A stretch of DNA of 64,000 nt, taken from assembly GCA_036867785.1 (NCBI GenBank), contig CP145417.1:806001-870000 (forward strand). The letters are read 5' to 3'. Numbering within the stretch: the first letter of the stretch is position 1; the number at the start of each line of letters is the position of its first letter. The DNA comes from Plasmodiophora brassicae. Its lineage: Eukaryota. A model generated the notes under the pieces. That model was not told where the DNA came from and searched no databases. It saw only the letters and a list, made by a program, of their open reading frames with translations. Below are positions 13,150 through 26,756 of the stretch, one piece after another. The translations under genes and the position numbers were made by a program.

Positions 13150-13760
13150 GGTTGCCAGCAACCAAGATGCTATGGCATGCACCATTATCTGATCAAACGT
13201 ACCGAAGTTCGGCCTCCACTCGAGCAATGTTTTCAACAGTGGTGTCCGAATTGGGAACATGATCATAATAACCTTGATGGGCCAATTCCGTTCCCCGTAG
13301 TAATGCCTGACAGATGGTCCCTGATGATCAGATTCCGTTCTAGATCGTGTCTTCCCTCCTTTTAGACGCCGGCGTAGCGTACAGTCAGTCCATGTGAATC
13401 TCTTGGTTCGCTCGTACGCAATGAACAGCTGCCGTCATCGGTGTGGGAATCTCTACCCTGCCCCGTGTCGGTAAACAGTTCACTGCATGCGTTTCAGAAC
13501 GTCCTCATGTCCTCATCGCAATATATATAATTTCAGAACTCTCCTAACTTCTTCCCCGAGGCTGTTGCCGCCCGCACGAGAAGTTGAACATAAGGCCGGC
13601 TTCGGCTCATTACATTTGTCCAGTACGATCGTTTGTCTCTTGCTTTTGACGAAGTGGTCCCCACCATTCTTCGGTCGCTTTGGTCCACTGAGCCGTGGCT
13701 TCTGGGCCTTAAGGATCTCGTCCGCGGTTGGCTATTGGAATTCTTTCCTTCTAATGACCG
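13150..13760 (-). pseudogene. Degenerate Gypsy-type integrase relic
   Basis: Minus-strand translation with stops and frameshifts: CLPTRGRVEIPTPM..VHCVRANQEIHMD*LY, LIIRDHLSG, DTTVE..LLEWRPNFG. Confidence 0.55.
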
Positions 13761-14211
13761 TATCTGTCATCGATTTGACGCTTTGGGCGGGCTGGGGCGG
13801 GGTGGGGTCCACTATCCGGTGCACCCGTCGTCAGATCCGACGACTCTTTGTCGTCACCTGCATTATGCAGGATAACGTAGTTAAACCTCTGAATGTTCAC
13901 TGCCCGTCGTTGTAGTGCACCGTCGGCCTCGACATATCGGACAGCTCTGCTGAGTACTGCGGAAGCAGATGCGGCCCTGCGGTGAAGGTATGCTACATAT
14001 GTATAGATATCGCTTCATTCGAACGACCTTGTCACGAAGTCGGATGTAGCGGCGACGCGCAGTTCAAGCACATGCGGATCAATGACCCGACTAATCGCAA
14101 GTGGAGACTGACCTGATGGGCAGCAATGGCTGGCTATGAAAACGGAAAGCATTGGCATCTGCAACCGCCTCGCCGTTCTACTCTTTATCCGCAGTACGTT
14201 CTTGCTCACCA

Positions 14212-16057
14212 ATGAACATTGACGCCTGCAGTGCTCTTCGCGAGGCATGTCGAGCTGGAGACACCGACCGGGTCCGGCAACTGCTGCAACCGTCAACCGC
14301 GGCGCTCACTGAACCACCGGATCCGAATACGGCAAACGGGTACTGCCTACAGGCTGTATGCGAGCGGGGACACCTTGAATGCCTCAAGCTTCTACTCTCC
14401 CATCCTAATGTTGATGTTACAGCGAACGCGAACTCTCCTTTACGTCGTGCGGCCGAACGTGGTACGTACCCTACCCAGACCGCAGTTTGCCACAGCACCA
14501 TGCATAATGCTATCTGCAGGCCATATCCGCGTCGTGGAGTACCTTCTTCAATGCCCGGACGTCAACCCTGCTGACTTGTCATCCTGGGCACTACGAAAGG
14601 CGGCACAGAACGGGCACACGAGTGTTGTGAAAGCGCTTATCGATGACGGGCGCAGCGACCTGACCGCCCATGGCAACTTGGCATTGAACTTTGCCGTCAA
14701 GGGCGGTCACCACGACATCGTCCACTTGTTGCTGGAATCGCCCGCAGTTCGCGACGCCGCTAAGGATGGCGTCGCGCTCGGATTCGCCGCCTCCAATGGC
14801 GACCTGGACCTGGTTGAGCTGTTCCTCACGGGGATCCCCTGCATCAACGCCAGCGAACGCGACAACTGGGCGTTCGTGAACGCTGCTGCGAATGGTACGG
14901 CAATCTCATGCACCTGTGTCACAGGTACCTGACCGCTTCCCACAGGGTACACGCGCGTCTGCCGTCGACTGCTACAGGAACCCGGCGTCTCCGTTGCCGG
15001 GCAGCGCCACAACGCCATTGTCTACGCGGCCATGTACAATCATTACGAGTCAGTGTTCCGCGCCGGTATTGTGAACGTGACTTTGTTGATCATGATGACG
15101 TACAGGACGTTGCGGTTCCTGCTGGACTGCCCTGGGGCGGATCCTGGCGCTCAGCAGGGCGCCGCACTGTGCTGGTCGGCCAGCAACGGGCATACGCGTA
15201 TCGTCCGCCTCCTTGTTGAGGACGGACGCGTACCCGTCAATAGCCGCGACGGTGCCCCACTGGTACCAAACGTGCGCCTCTAACGCTGCATCACCTAACA
15301 TCACCGTGTTAGATTCGTGCAGCGGAGAATGGCCACTTGGAAACTTGTAAGGTGTTGCTCGAGGCTGGCGCGGATCCAGGGCTCCGCGAGAGCGAATCGT
15401 TGATCTTTGCGGTCAAGTATGGGCATGTCGACGTGGTGGTGTTGCTGGCCGAACACGAAGCCGTAGACGCGAGTGCCCAGAATTGCAAAGCGCTGATGAC
15501 GGCCGCAAGCCAAGGCAACCTGAGGATCCTCGAGGCGCTTGCCAGTCGTAATGATACGGGAATAAGGTCGCGAGGGTCTAAGGCGCTGGCCATAGCTGCC
15601 AGTCGTGGACACGTCGGCATTGTTGATTACCTGTTACGAAACGCGGAGGTTGATCCTTGTATGACGGTTCATGAAATGTATGCCAACTGGGCTCTAACCG
15701 CTGTCAGGTGACGGCGACGGGTTGGCGTTATCATGGGCAACGTTGGAGGAGCACGCCTCCGTTGTGCATCGTTTGGTGCGCGACAGCCGTGTCGTCGAGT
15801 TCGTTGTCCGGTCTGGGTGCCATCGGACGTCGGCACTGATTGCACAGGCCATGAAACAGGTTAGTGACGAGTGCCGTGAAGCGATCTCAGTGACGTTCGC
15901 GTTACGAGACTATCGCAGCAGTATCTCACTGCCAGGCGACTGCCAGAATCTCATCCTAGAGTTCGCGTTCGGGGATTTCCTGCCCAACGCTGCTACCATC
16001 GACTGTATCTACAAACGCATCAAGGAGAAATCTCAACGGCGTCTGGTTCACACATAA
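14212..16057 (+). CDS. Ankyrin-repeat protein, copy 2 (tandem paralog)
   Basis: Colinear with copy 1 in exons, introns and flanks; reading frame appears intact. Confidence 0.9.
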
Positions 16058-16788
16058 TGCACTGGGCGGGATGACCCCCGACACGAACTTCGGAAATCGG
16101 CCCTGAACAATACGGCACCACGTATCATGTCGTTGCTTGGGTTAACCATGGCCAACCGTTTGTGTCGTTCCGAGTAATTGCAAGTAGTTCTAGAGCATAT
16201 TCTTTCGCGGGTAAGCTACCGGTAGTTGGACGGTGTCCCGCTAGTGCCATATTCTCGAATGCCAGCTCGTGTTCGGGAGTTTCCCAATGAATCCTGTCCT
16301 GCCAGGTTGGTCCCTCATACGCACTCCATATTCCCTTTGAGACAGGTATAGCTTCCTGAGATAGAGTAACTCATCCACTGAGCTGTCACGGTTTGTGCAG
16401 CCCTTGCCGTCCTATGTAGGTAGGCGGCGAGGTATAAGGGAGCGCGACTTTACTGAATGGATGGTGATTGAAGACGAACCTGAAAAGAACTGGTCGACAG
16501 AGGCACATACCGGACGGAAGACGCGAAACGTGTACTGTTTGAATTCTTCACCAAAGTGGAGAGGTTATCTTTATTACAAGTGAGCAGCTTTGCTCAGAGC
16601 AGTAAACAAGGCCTGCGTAGCGATGAACGCTCGCACGACATCCTTCCTGAAAGTCTGAAACGCTAACTTCGAACGGACGTGAGCATGCACCATTTTGCAG
16701 GCGCAAAACAAGTCGTACGGCCTACGGGCGCCGTCGTGTAAGTCCGTGGCGGAGTCCGCCGTAAGCCCGCTCCAGTGGTGTGCCGGTC

Positions 16789-17162
16789 ATGGCGACGTAC
16801 TACGATGAGGTCGATCTGGACGATATGGAGTTCGACGAGTCCAGCGGCATGTATTCGTATCCATGCCCGTGCGGTGATCAGTTCTTGCTGTCGCTGGTAT
16901 GTACGGTGACGGCGTCGGCAAAAATCGCCATCGCTGACCCTGTGCCGTAGGACGATATCATCGACGGCGAAGACGTGGCGCGATGCCCATCCTGCTCACT
17001 GCTCTTGAAAGTTGTCTACGATCCCGTACGTTGCATTGTTGCCAGTCGTCTGTGTCCGTGTAGCGACGCGTCTGACATGCTTCGCCTCAGTCCGAGTTCG
17101 CAGACGATGCCGAAGACGACCATCTGGCCTTGATAACAACGTCAGAGCTGCTGGCCTGCTAA
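16789..17162 (+). CDS. DPH3: Diphthamide biosynthesis protein 3 (CSL zinc finger), 3 exons; absent from the ORF track
   Basis: MATYYDEVDLDDMEFDESSGMYSYPCPCGDQFLLSL|DDIIDGEDVARCPSCSLLLKVVYDP. Confidence 0.95.
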
Positions 17163-17323
17163 GCCTAAACCCATCCTGAATGCCATGCCTAATTATAAAC
17201 CAGTACATCGTTATAGCTCACATGACGGTGGCCTTGTATGTACCTGTTTCCCAGCGCCGACCATGCCCTACCGGCTACCTCCATGCCCTGGCTGGCTATT
17301 ATTATTGGCGAGTCGGCGCATGC

Positions 17324-20300
17324 ATGGCGATGAAGGGGGGTGGCGCAGGACCGCCGGCGACGATCGAGGAAGGCGCTGGACCGCCGGCCCATCTGCCCGT
17401 CCCACCCGACGACGACGACGTGTTGCCGGATATCGTCGATGACGATCGTTCACCGCTGAAGATTTTCGACGGCAACCTGGCCAGGATGCGATTGCCCAGA
17501 TCGCTGCCGCCTTCGGCACCCTGGGTCGTCGAAGCCAACGTCGCCTCCACGTTGGACATCGACGGCGTACGCGTGCATTTCCCCAACGCCAAGCCGTTCC
17601 ACACGCAAGTCGCCATGATGACCAGCATGATCGGAGCGTTTCGTGCCAGCCGGCACGCCCTGATCGAGTCTCCAACGGGAACGGGCAAGAGGTCTGTCTG
17701 CACTGCCAGGGCACCCTGCCAGCCAGCGCCTGAACGCTCCCCCTGTAGTCTGGCGCTGCTGTGCGCTGCGATCGGGTTCCAAATCCATCAGTACGAGCAG
17801 GTCGCTGCCGGCAGGTCGGAAGCTGTTATCCCGTTAGGCAAACGCCCTGCATGCGATGGTGCCTGCCCGAATCTGACGTCGTCGCCGCCCGTCGTTTCTG
17901 CAGGCGTATAATCCTGGCGTCGCGAACGCACAGCCAGCTCGTGTCGCTAGCAGGGGAGCTTCGTCGCAGCCCGTACCGGCCGCGAACCACAACGCTCGCG
18001 TCCCGGAAGCAGTTGTGTTGCAATCCGGTGGCGAGGTCGTCGCCCGGCGGCACGGACGACGCGTGCTCCGAGAGGCGTCACGAGCGATATGACGAGAAGA
18101 GCGATAAGGGGTGTGTCTTCTTCATGAACTTGACGGAGGAGGAGCATGCAGCGACCGGTATGTCGCGGGACGACGGGCGTGGACATGTCTCAACTGACAG
18201 ATGGGGCGCAGTTGCTGATGTCGTTCGAGGGTCAGGTGGGTCGGACAGTGTGATGGACATTGAGGACCTCATGCGTCTGTCTCGGTACGGCGGGTACGGT
18301 TGCCCGTATTACACGTCCCGGGAAGTGTCGTACCGGTCGCACCTGGCTCTTGTGCCGTACAATTACGTCGTCGACCCGGCGATCAGCCAATCCCTGGACC
18401 TGACCCAGGACTCGATCGTCATCATCGACGAGGGCCACAATGTCCTTGACGTCGCCATGGTTGGATACCCGTGTTCGGTACGACCGTGTTCGGCTGACGT
18501 TTGCGCGACAGGAAGTCGGATCCGCTGATGTGACGAGGGACGAACTGTTAAAATGCGTTCAAGCTTGCGATGCACTGCGCCATGTTCGCCAGGAGAAACT
18601 GAGCCGGGCACCTACCAGTAAACATCGCGCCGTGATCGACGAGACGTACCCGAGGCTCGACGTTGTCCGATCGTACGGGTCGCGCATCCAGGCCTGGCTC
18701 CACCGGACCAGCTGTCAGTTCCGTATCCAGGTCAAGGAACAGGAGCCCGACGACGAATACGTAATCTGGTCGACCTATCCGCCGTCATCGCCCGCCCCGA
18801 GCGTCGTCCTGCGCGGCCTGGACATAACCTGTAACCGGCAATGTCGCCTGACGTTCCCTTTGCTAATTCGGTTGCTGTGATAGCCCCCGTCTGCAGGGAG
18901 ATCCAAAGGCTGCTGAAAGCGTGGTCGGAAGCTGCCCCCAAGTTGGAACCAAAGATACGCGCGTTCGTCGGTCAACTGCACCCGATGGGCGCCCTCGCCA
19001 ACGCGCTTGCGTTAGCACTTGTGCGACCCCATGACTATCGTAAACGCGTTATTGGTTGTTCGTGACAAGCGACCTTACGATGTCGTCCTTCAGGGATATG
19101 TATCGTCCGATCGTTCGATAAAGGCGAATCGCAGTGGTATTCGTCGTTGCGCGTTATGTGCCTGTCCGCCGAGGGCATCATCGCGATGCAGACGCAGCCG
19201 TCGTTCTCGTTCGTCATTACATCGGGGACGTTATCACCAATGGGCGCCTTCCGCGACGAACTTGGGAACTCGTTCAAGAACCGTCTGGACGCCATGGTGA
19301 CCAACCCTCATGTCGTTCGAATGGCCGACCAGGTTCTTGTCGGCGCCATCGGCGTCGACGATGCTGGCATGGCTTTGACAGGCACGATGAAAGGCCAATG
19401 CAATTCCTACTTCGCCGGTGTTGGACAAGTCGTTGCCCGCATCTGCACGATGACGCCGCATGGCGTCCTCGTCTTCGTCTCCAGCTACAACATCATGAAC
19501 AAGTTCCTCGATGCCTGGAAGCGCGCCGGTTTGCTGCAGATCATTACTCGAGCCAAAGGCGAACCGTTCGTTGAACCAAAGTGTGTTTCGCGCCCCTTCG
19601 ATGGTCGTGCCCGCGTCTAAACTCGCTGCGCCCACAGTTATGGAGGCGACGAGATGTTCAAGAAAGTGTGCATTGGGTACAGAAACGCTGCCGTCACTGA
19701 GAAGGGCGCGCTGCTGCTAGCAGTCTATCGAGGCAAAGCAAGGTAAATCGCACCGTACATGCTGGATCCGTATGCGCTAAGTGCTCGACGTCTGACAGCG
19801 AAGGGATTTCATTCTCCGACAATGTCTGCCGAGCATGCATCTGCGTCAGTTTGCCATTGGTTGGTATCTGCTCTTCTGTTGCGAAGCTGTTGCTCTAACG
19901 GTCGTTTGCCCAGGCATCGTACGGTGATGTTCGCATCCAGTCCAAGTTGGATCATGAGAACGCGAGGTCGGGCAACGGTCGGCGCTGGTATGAACGGCAA
20001 GCGTACAGTGCAGTGAATCAAGCGCTCGGGCGCGTGATCCGCCATGCAGCGGATTACGGCATCCTGCTGATGGTCGACAAGAGGTTCGCCACATATCGGC
20101 ATCCAAACGTCACCACCTGGCTGCGCCAACACGTTGAGGTTCGCCGGTGTGTCGAAATAGCGTTCCTGGTTGCTGAACGCCATTCAGGTCTTCGAGACGG
20201 TTGAGGTGATGACGGAACGCGTGAATTCGTTCTTCCAACGAGTTCGGGAGCTTGCTCCCTTCACGTATGTGCCTCCGAAACAGTTCGAAATACCGACGAC

Positions 20301-20490
20301 CTGCAATCGGTCGGCACGAGCACGTGTTCCGCAACGTGTCAACCTTCCCGAGGTGAAACTGGAGGTGAACGACCCGATGGACGTGGACCTGCCACAGCTG
20401 GACACTATCAAGCGTGAACGAGTCGGCCGTTCTGCACCAGCACTACAAAGCCTGTTGGGCTACCAGACATCGAATGAACCATTGACATGA
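17324..20490 (+). CDS. Rad3/XPD-family Fe-S DNA helicase (FANCJ/RTEL1-like), multi-exon; 3' end uncertain
   Basis: ALIESPTGTGK, ASRTHSQL, LASRKQLCCN, GCPYYTSR, VIIDEGHN, TSGTLSP, AVNQALGRVIRHAADYG. Confidence 0.9.
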
Positions 20491-20547
20491 AAGGTGTGTA
20501 TCAAATCACGTTACTCAGGTCTCTCGTGCCAGGCCGACGCAGGCTGG

Positions 20548-23500
20548 TTATGCAGCGTTGAAGCGAATCTCGAAGTCATCGGTGATTCCGATCCATGGCT
20601 TCCGAACGATTACCTGGTCTGGATTGAACGTTTGGACAAAATCGAACGCGACCTGGCTGTTCCCAGCGCCCATCGTGACGGACGATAGCCTACGACGCAA
20701 GCCGACGACAATGATGCGTTCGAGACGATTGTCTGCCATGAACTTGAACTGGGTTCGCGCTGCGGGTGATCCACGAAGCGTCAGGTCCTCGAACACGAAT
20801 GACCTTAATGTAAACGCCCCAGTTTGGTGTTCAAAGGTGTGGCCGTCATCAAGGTAAAGCGTGCCGTAAGCTGATTCCTTGGCATCAAGAGCAACGACGA
20901 GGGTGAACGGGTCGTTCAGTTGACAATGCGAGCTGCGTCGCGCCCGACCGTGCCTGGCAATTATGGAGCCGCCGCGTTGATAGACAGGAATCTAAAGAAC
21001 CCCTTCAGTCCATAGAGCGAACGAATTACATTCATCTATGCTGACCCTTTCGAAAACAACAGCAACGGATAGCGTCTGGTCTCCAACGAAGCCCTGGTGG
21101 GTGACAGTATCGTACCAGATTTGCTGTTCCGATCCGGGGAAAGTAACCATCACGCTCGTCTCACCGGCAGACGTGATTGGACGGACAAGCAAGTCACTGC
21201 CAAGTAGGTGGTGGTCCTCAATTGCAAACACCCTGGAAAACAAACATGAAGTACACGCTCAACGACTCCGACGACTAGCAATACGTACTTCACGTCAGAA
21301 GGAAATTCGACCCAAAGCGGGCGCATAATGGGCAGGCCTGAGACGGAGGCATTTCGGAAAACCGTGTAGAGGTACGGCATCAGGGAATACCTAGCCAGAT
21401 CTATCACCATCAACGAGATGGAAGAATACCCTTTCAAAGTACCTGTCACGGATCGCTTGCTGGATGATCCAGGTATTGTCTTCACCGAATAACCACGGCT
21501 CACGACGCGCCGTGTCAATATGCGCATGGCCACGAAAGAATGGCTGATAAGCACCAGCCTGGTACCATCGAACAAGCAGCTCGGGATCGGGGTCCTGTGC
21601 ACACCAAGTCAGCCTACGCGCCAACACCCTCAACTCAGACAAAACCTTAAAGAAACCGCCGACATCAGCTCCGACAAATGGAAGGCCCGCAACACCCATT
21701 GACATGATCATCGGAAGCGATGCCTTCAGATGACCCCAGTCGGCGAGATTGTCGCCCGTCCAGACGGCGCCGAAACGCTGAGAACCAGCGAAAAAGGATC
21801 GAGACAAAATGAAGGGGCGGCGAGACACGTCTGGCGACGTTGCAGCACTCTGGCGAGCAAGCTGCCCTTGGAAGGTTGCCATTTGGTCATAGAACCCGTA
21901 CTGGTTGTGTACGTCACGGTGCTCGACCCCACCCTCATGAAGGCAATCCTTGGGCATCGTAATTTCGGGACCATTGAACACAGACGGTTCGTTCATGTCA
22001 ATCCAGGAGAACAGCTGAAACGTCGACCCGATGTATGTGTCGAACCGAAAGAGTGACGCCCAGAAGTCACGGACCTACGAAACGGTCTCACAACCTATCC
22101 TCGAACCGCGCTTAGGGACAAAACCTTCTGCACGGTAAAGTCAAGGTACGACACGGATCCTGGCCAGCACCAGCCCTCGTACACACTTTGGCCGTCTGCC
22201 TTTTTAACGTAGAGCCCGTCTTGTTCAGCGCGTTGATGAACCTGAATCCCGTTAGGAAGCCGATGAAGGAGTGCAGAGGGCAACGGAACCCACGAAATAG
22301 TCCGGATCCCGTTTGATGTGGGGATCCACGATCGTCACCATACGGCGTTTGTGCCCCCAGAGACGGTCAACCATACCAGCTGGGTTTGGGAACTTCACAG
22401 GATCCCACGTAAAGTATCTACAAGAACCACCATCAGCACCTCAAGTACCGACCAATGCACATCAGCTGCACTTTTTCTGGTCGGTGTGTTCGATATCGAG
22501 CCAGAGCACATCGTAAGGAATATCATGGTCGTCAAAGCCTTGATCGACGGCGAACACATCCGGTTCATCGCGGTAGTTCCAACGGCACTGATGGTATCCC
22601 AGAGCGAACCTACCATTGAACCATACCATGAGTTCGATAAAGCCTCATTCCTACCCATCTTCACTTGCCTTGGCGGCAGTGCAGGCAGGCCTGTCAGCGA
22701 GGCGTATGCGAAGAACACAGACGATGGTGTCGGCGAAGAGAACAGAAACGCGTCAATTACTCCACTCTCACTGATCCAACGTGCCTTAGAATGTCGCGTC
22801 AGCCAGTATCAACGAATCGTTAGGACAAGTAGCACACCTGCTTTCCACTGGGGTCCGAGGACACATCGATAAACGTCTCAGCCGCATTCAACCACAGAAC
22901 AGCGGCGGTGCCCTCTATAGGGGCGTCAAGCACTAGCGCAGCGTACAGAAGATGGGCGTACCTTGACCGAGCGCCATCATAAAAGGGATCGCACCGTACA
23001 ACGCCATTGGAACGTCAAGCTCGTATTCGAAAACATCCAGGTTGAAGAGACGGTACGGCTCCGAATAACTGAGCCGACGTCAGTACGCCGAACGTATCAC
23101 ACGCATTGGCGTAATACTAACTGATGGAAATCGCCACGCGTGTCTGGCAGCGACAGGTTGGTAGCATGCTCCGGAATCCCATATACGTGCAGTGCGGATT
23201 CAAACTGGAAGTCTAAGGACACGGCGGCGGGTCCGCGAGGTCGACTGTCAGTTTGCCCACCGAATGACTCCGACCACGTCCCCTCCTGGTCGTAAACCGC
23301 ATTCGGGTCAACATCAGCTGCAACGATACGTAAGCTGTCGGAGAGGTACAACGATTACTACTGCCGACCTTCGTTCTCCGGCTTGGGGTTCGGCTTGCGA
23401 TACGTCTCGAACTGCATCAGGTCCTTGGCATTAACGGTTAGGCGAATCTTGCCACCACGTTGAACCTGACGTTTGAAGTTCGATGAACGAAACAGAGGGC

Positions 23501-24039
23501 CTGAAAACGCCTCACAACTGACCTGGACTCTGAACGGGGCAAATCGAACGAAGACGGTCAGATCGTCATCAATAAACATTGCCGTGCGTGTGGAGCCACT
23601 GACAATCCGCTGGGCGCGTATCGTTTGAAGCCCTGTGACAACGGTTTTCACCAACGCATTGCTATGAAACCGGAAGGCCCCTACCACTCGGTTGGAGGAC
23701 GTCGCGAACACGGTGACGAACATACAGGGCTTCGCCGTCAAGCTCGTCGACAGTAACACGAACCACGTTATTGACATACACTTGAACTTTCATCTGGACC
23801 CTGGTGCCCTTCGGGTCAACAAGAACAGCCGACAAGGCCGCATTGTCGACGTCGGCAGCGACCGACTGAACGTCCACGTTCCACGGGCCCAGCGTCTCCG
23901 CGTCGCGCAGTCGCCTGCAGAACCCGGTCTGCGCGCACGTGCGGAACTTGCCCTGATCGACGGCATCGCCAACGCCTAGCAGACACGCGACAGCAAGGAC
24001 GGCGACGACGACCGCGGCCCTTGCCCGCATCATCACCAT
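20548..24039 (-). CDS. GANAB: Glucosidase II alpha subunit (GH31), multi-exon
   Basis: Signal peptide, then [68 protein letters not shown]. Confidence 0.95.
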
Positions 24040-24563
24040 GCGGACGCTGGACTTGCAAAACTGCCCTGTCGTTTTGGCGTCGGGGAACACCCATTTTCCG
24101 GAGAGCGCGCGCGCTGTCGCCCCCCCCCCCCCCCGCCGGATCGGCGCATCATGGTACTTATTAGTCTATTACCGACATGTACCTCCGGGCGTCCAAGTCG
24201 ACGCCCGGGAGTCGCCACGTTGCCAAGGGCACGCGTTCCCGGCCTGTCGCCTTGCTGCCGAGGCTCCACAGAGCGATTCGATGCGATCGTACCGCCTTTA
24301 CGTTTTATTGGGGCACCTGCCCATGCGGTTGGCGCGGGGCAACCACCGCTCTGCACAAACGAGATAACGTGCTCGCGAGCCAGGTGGGACTCTTCGCTGT
24401 ACTGCCCGTTGTCAACGATGCCTAGCTGGGTCAGCGTACAACCGCCGGTGCTTGGCGCTCCTGCGTTCGGCAACGAATGCAAACCCGCCACCGACGCGGT
24501 GCAAGATTACCCTGCCAGTACCATACGGTACGCAGCGCCCATTGTTGTGCCAGCCGGTTAACG

Positions 24564-25721
24564 CTATCGCTGTATTGCGCGACGGCAGATGAAGATGACG
24601 TTGTTCAGGAACGCGACGTCGTGCGCCAGGGAGATGCTGAACGACATATCTAAGGGCATCGTCGCTTTAGACACAAAGGCTGACGGCCCGCATACAACGA
24701 CTACATGGGAGCCTCGTGATCACGTCGACCTCGTAACCCATGGGCTCGAGAACATCAACGACCAGGGCGTTCGCAGCAATCTCGATTGTGCCGTCAAGCA
24801 CGTCGCCCGGCAGGCTCTGTCTGGGTTGCCGCCAACCGGTGCCGTCCTCAACACCACTGACGCACACGTCAATGGGACATTTTACCGGACGCGGTACCGT
24901 ACTATACGGTTTGAACGGGAGCACGACGGCAAGAATAAGGCAACCGTCGTCGTTGAGCATGTCGCGTAGCGTCGACAGCAGCGTCAGTGGTTCATCACAT
25001 CTGGGCCATGGTCGATCCCCCCAATACTGCTAACGACGTCCGAGCGCCATTACCGATCGAGGACGTTCAGCAGGGAGATGCAACTGAACCGGCGAAGAGC
25101 GCCGTCTTTCACGAGCGAACGCGGGTCGCAGGTCGGAACGCATTCGTACCCGAGGCTCTGCAGCCGTGCAACCATTGGCTCGGATACCTGGCCAGCTTCA
25201 ACGTGAGCTATTCGGAAGAGCACAATGGAAACGCAGGCAGGTACCTCAGTGGTCGTCACCGATTCGAACAAAGGCGCCAGGCGCGCTGTGATGGCACCAT
25301 CACCGGCGCCGACGTCGAGCAGCGACGACAGGCGGGTGCACGTCGTGTCAGACGGCTGCCCCAGGATCCACTGAGCGGCCTGCTCCGTCGAGAAGATATG
25401 CATTTCGCCGGTGCCGCACAGCGCGTTGGCATCGGTGGTCGACATGACCCATCGCAGGGCCAGAGCGGCGCACACGCGCAGGAACCCGACCTGCCGGGAC
25501 CGCTCGACGAACACGCGGGCCGCGTCGTCCGGCGCGCTCTCCCGGACGCGGCCGCGGACGCGCTCGACGAACCGGCCGACGTCCAGACTGTACCGGCACC
25601 GGCAATCCCAGGCGCACGCCGGCGCCGCTCGCGATGCCTCCAGCAACAATTGCCGACGCGACGCCCTCATCCGGCCTCCACCAATGGCCTGTCTGCTGCC
25701 CGTCCTCCATAAACAGGCCAT
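24564..25721 (-). CDS. METTL9: METTL9/DREV-family methyltransferase, multi-exon (start at 25721 or 25670)
   Basis: TDANALCGTGEMHIFS, LLDVGAGDGAIT, TEVSEPM, ISLLNVLDR|CDEP, ILAVVLPF. Confidence 0.85.
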
Positions 25722-25822
25722 CGACTGGCACCCTGCTGGGCGGACAGTGTCAGCTGAGCGACCCGGGAGACGCACGAGAGACGTGTGCGCCACACACTAT
25801 TGTGTAATAAACCCACTGCTGG

Positions 25823-26721
25823 TCATGGGCGATCGTCGTCGCCGCCGGTCTGCGTGCTGGACTGCTTCGTGCGGGCGGCGATGAAGATCGTCTGCTGGTA
25901 GTACCGGAGCTCCTCGATGGATTCGAGGATGTCGCCCATGGCACGATGCGCCAGTTTCTTCTTCGGGCACTTGGAGAACCACTTCGGGTACCATCGCTGC
26001 GATAAATCGACGGTTACCTACCTGGCGAGTGCGACGACAACCGTGGCAGAACTGACCTTGCAGATCTCCTTGATTGTGGAGACGTCTATATTCCGGTAAT
26101 GCAGGGTGCGCTCGAACGTCGGCATGTACGCTGCGAGGAATTGCCGGTCACAATGAACTGACGAGCCACCTAGTGGCGCCTGCCAGTCGACGTCAGTGAC
26201 CACCACCAGTCATCCGTTCGGTTCACCCCGGTCACCTCGGATGGCTTTGCAACCCATCGGTTAACGAATTCCAGTACCTGAGCACACAACACGACTGAGA
26301 CGGGTTCGCCACGAATGCAATCACGTGGCGGGCGACTTGTTCCTCTGCTGCCTTCATTGTCGTTGTCGACTGTCGAACGCGGTCGGTTAGCCCACTCTTG
26401 CCGTGATTCTCGATACACCACTCGCTCATACTCTGCAACACTTCGCCACGTCACGTAAGGCACATCGCTTTGCTCAAACCTCTAACGCACCATCCTCATC
26501 ATGGTGGATGACGATTTCCGGTCCTTCGATGACTGTCTTCAGGTCGCCGTCAGTCAGAGCGACAGCGATCTCCAGGATCGTATCCTTCGTCGGATCCAGG
26601 CCCGTCCTGCAACCATCGGCCAGTCACCCGCCGACGACACGACCCTGATGCCCATCAGCAGGGCTTACATTTCGCAGTCGACCCAGACGATGGGCTGGCG
26701 AAGGCGCCGCTGCGTCGTCAT
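25823..26721 (-). CDS. REXO2: Oligoribonuclease (DEDDh), multi-exon
   Basis: [63 protein letters not shown]. Confidence 0.95.
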
Positions 26722-26756
26722 GCCGGCCAGGACCGTCGCGGTCTTGCGCAGATCCA

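Larger units (their letters stand above)
10740..16190 (+). repeat. Tandem duplication; units approximately 10740-13063 and 13950-16190
   Basis: Shared 5' flank (GTACTGCRGAAGCAGA) and 3' flank (GTCGTTCCGAGTAATTGCAAGTAGTTC). Confidence 0.85.

Noticed and set aside
20494-20688. Possible extra last exon of the helicase overlapping the glucosidase II 3' end antisense
   Set aside because: A splice is conceivable, but the helicase frame already stops at 20490 and the peptide has no recognisable motif; cannot be supported without cDNA.
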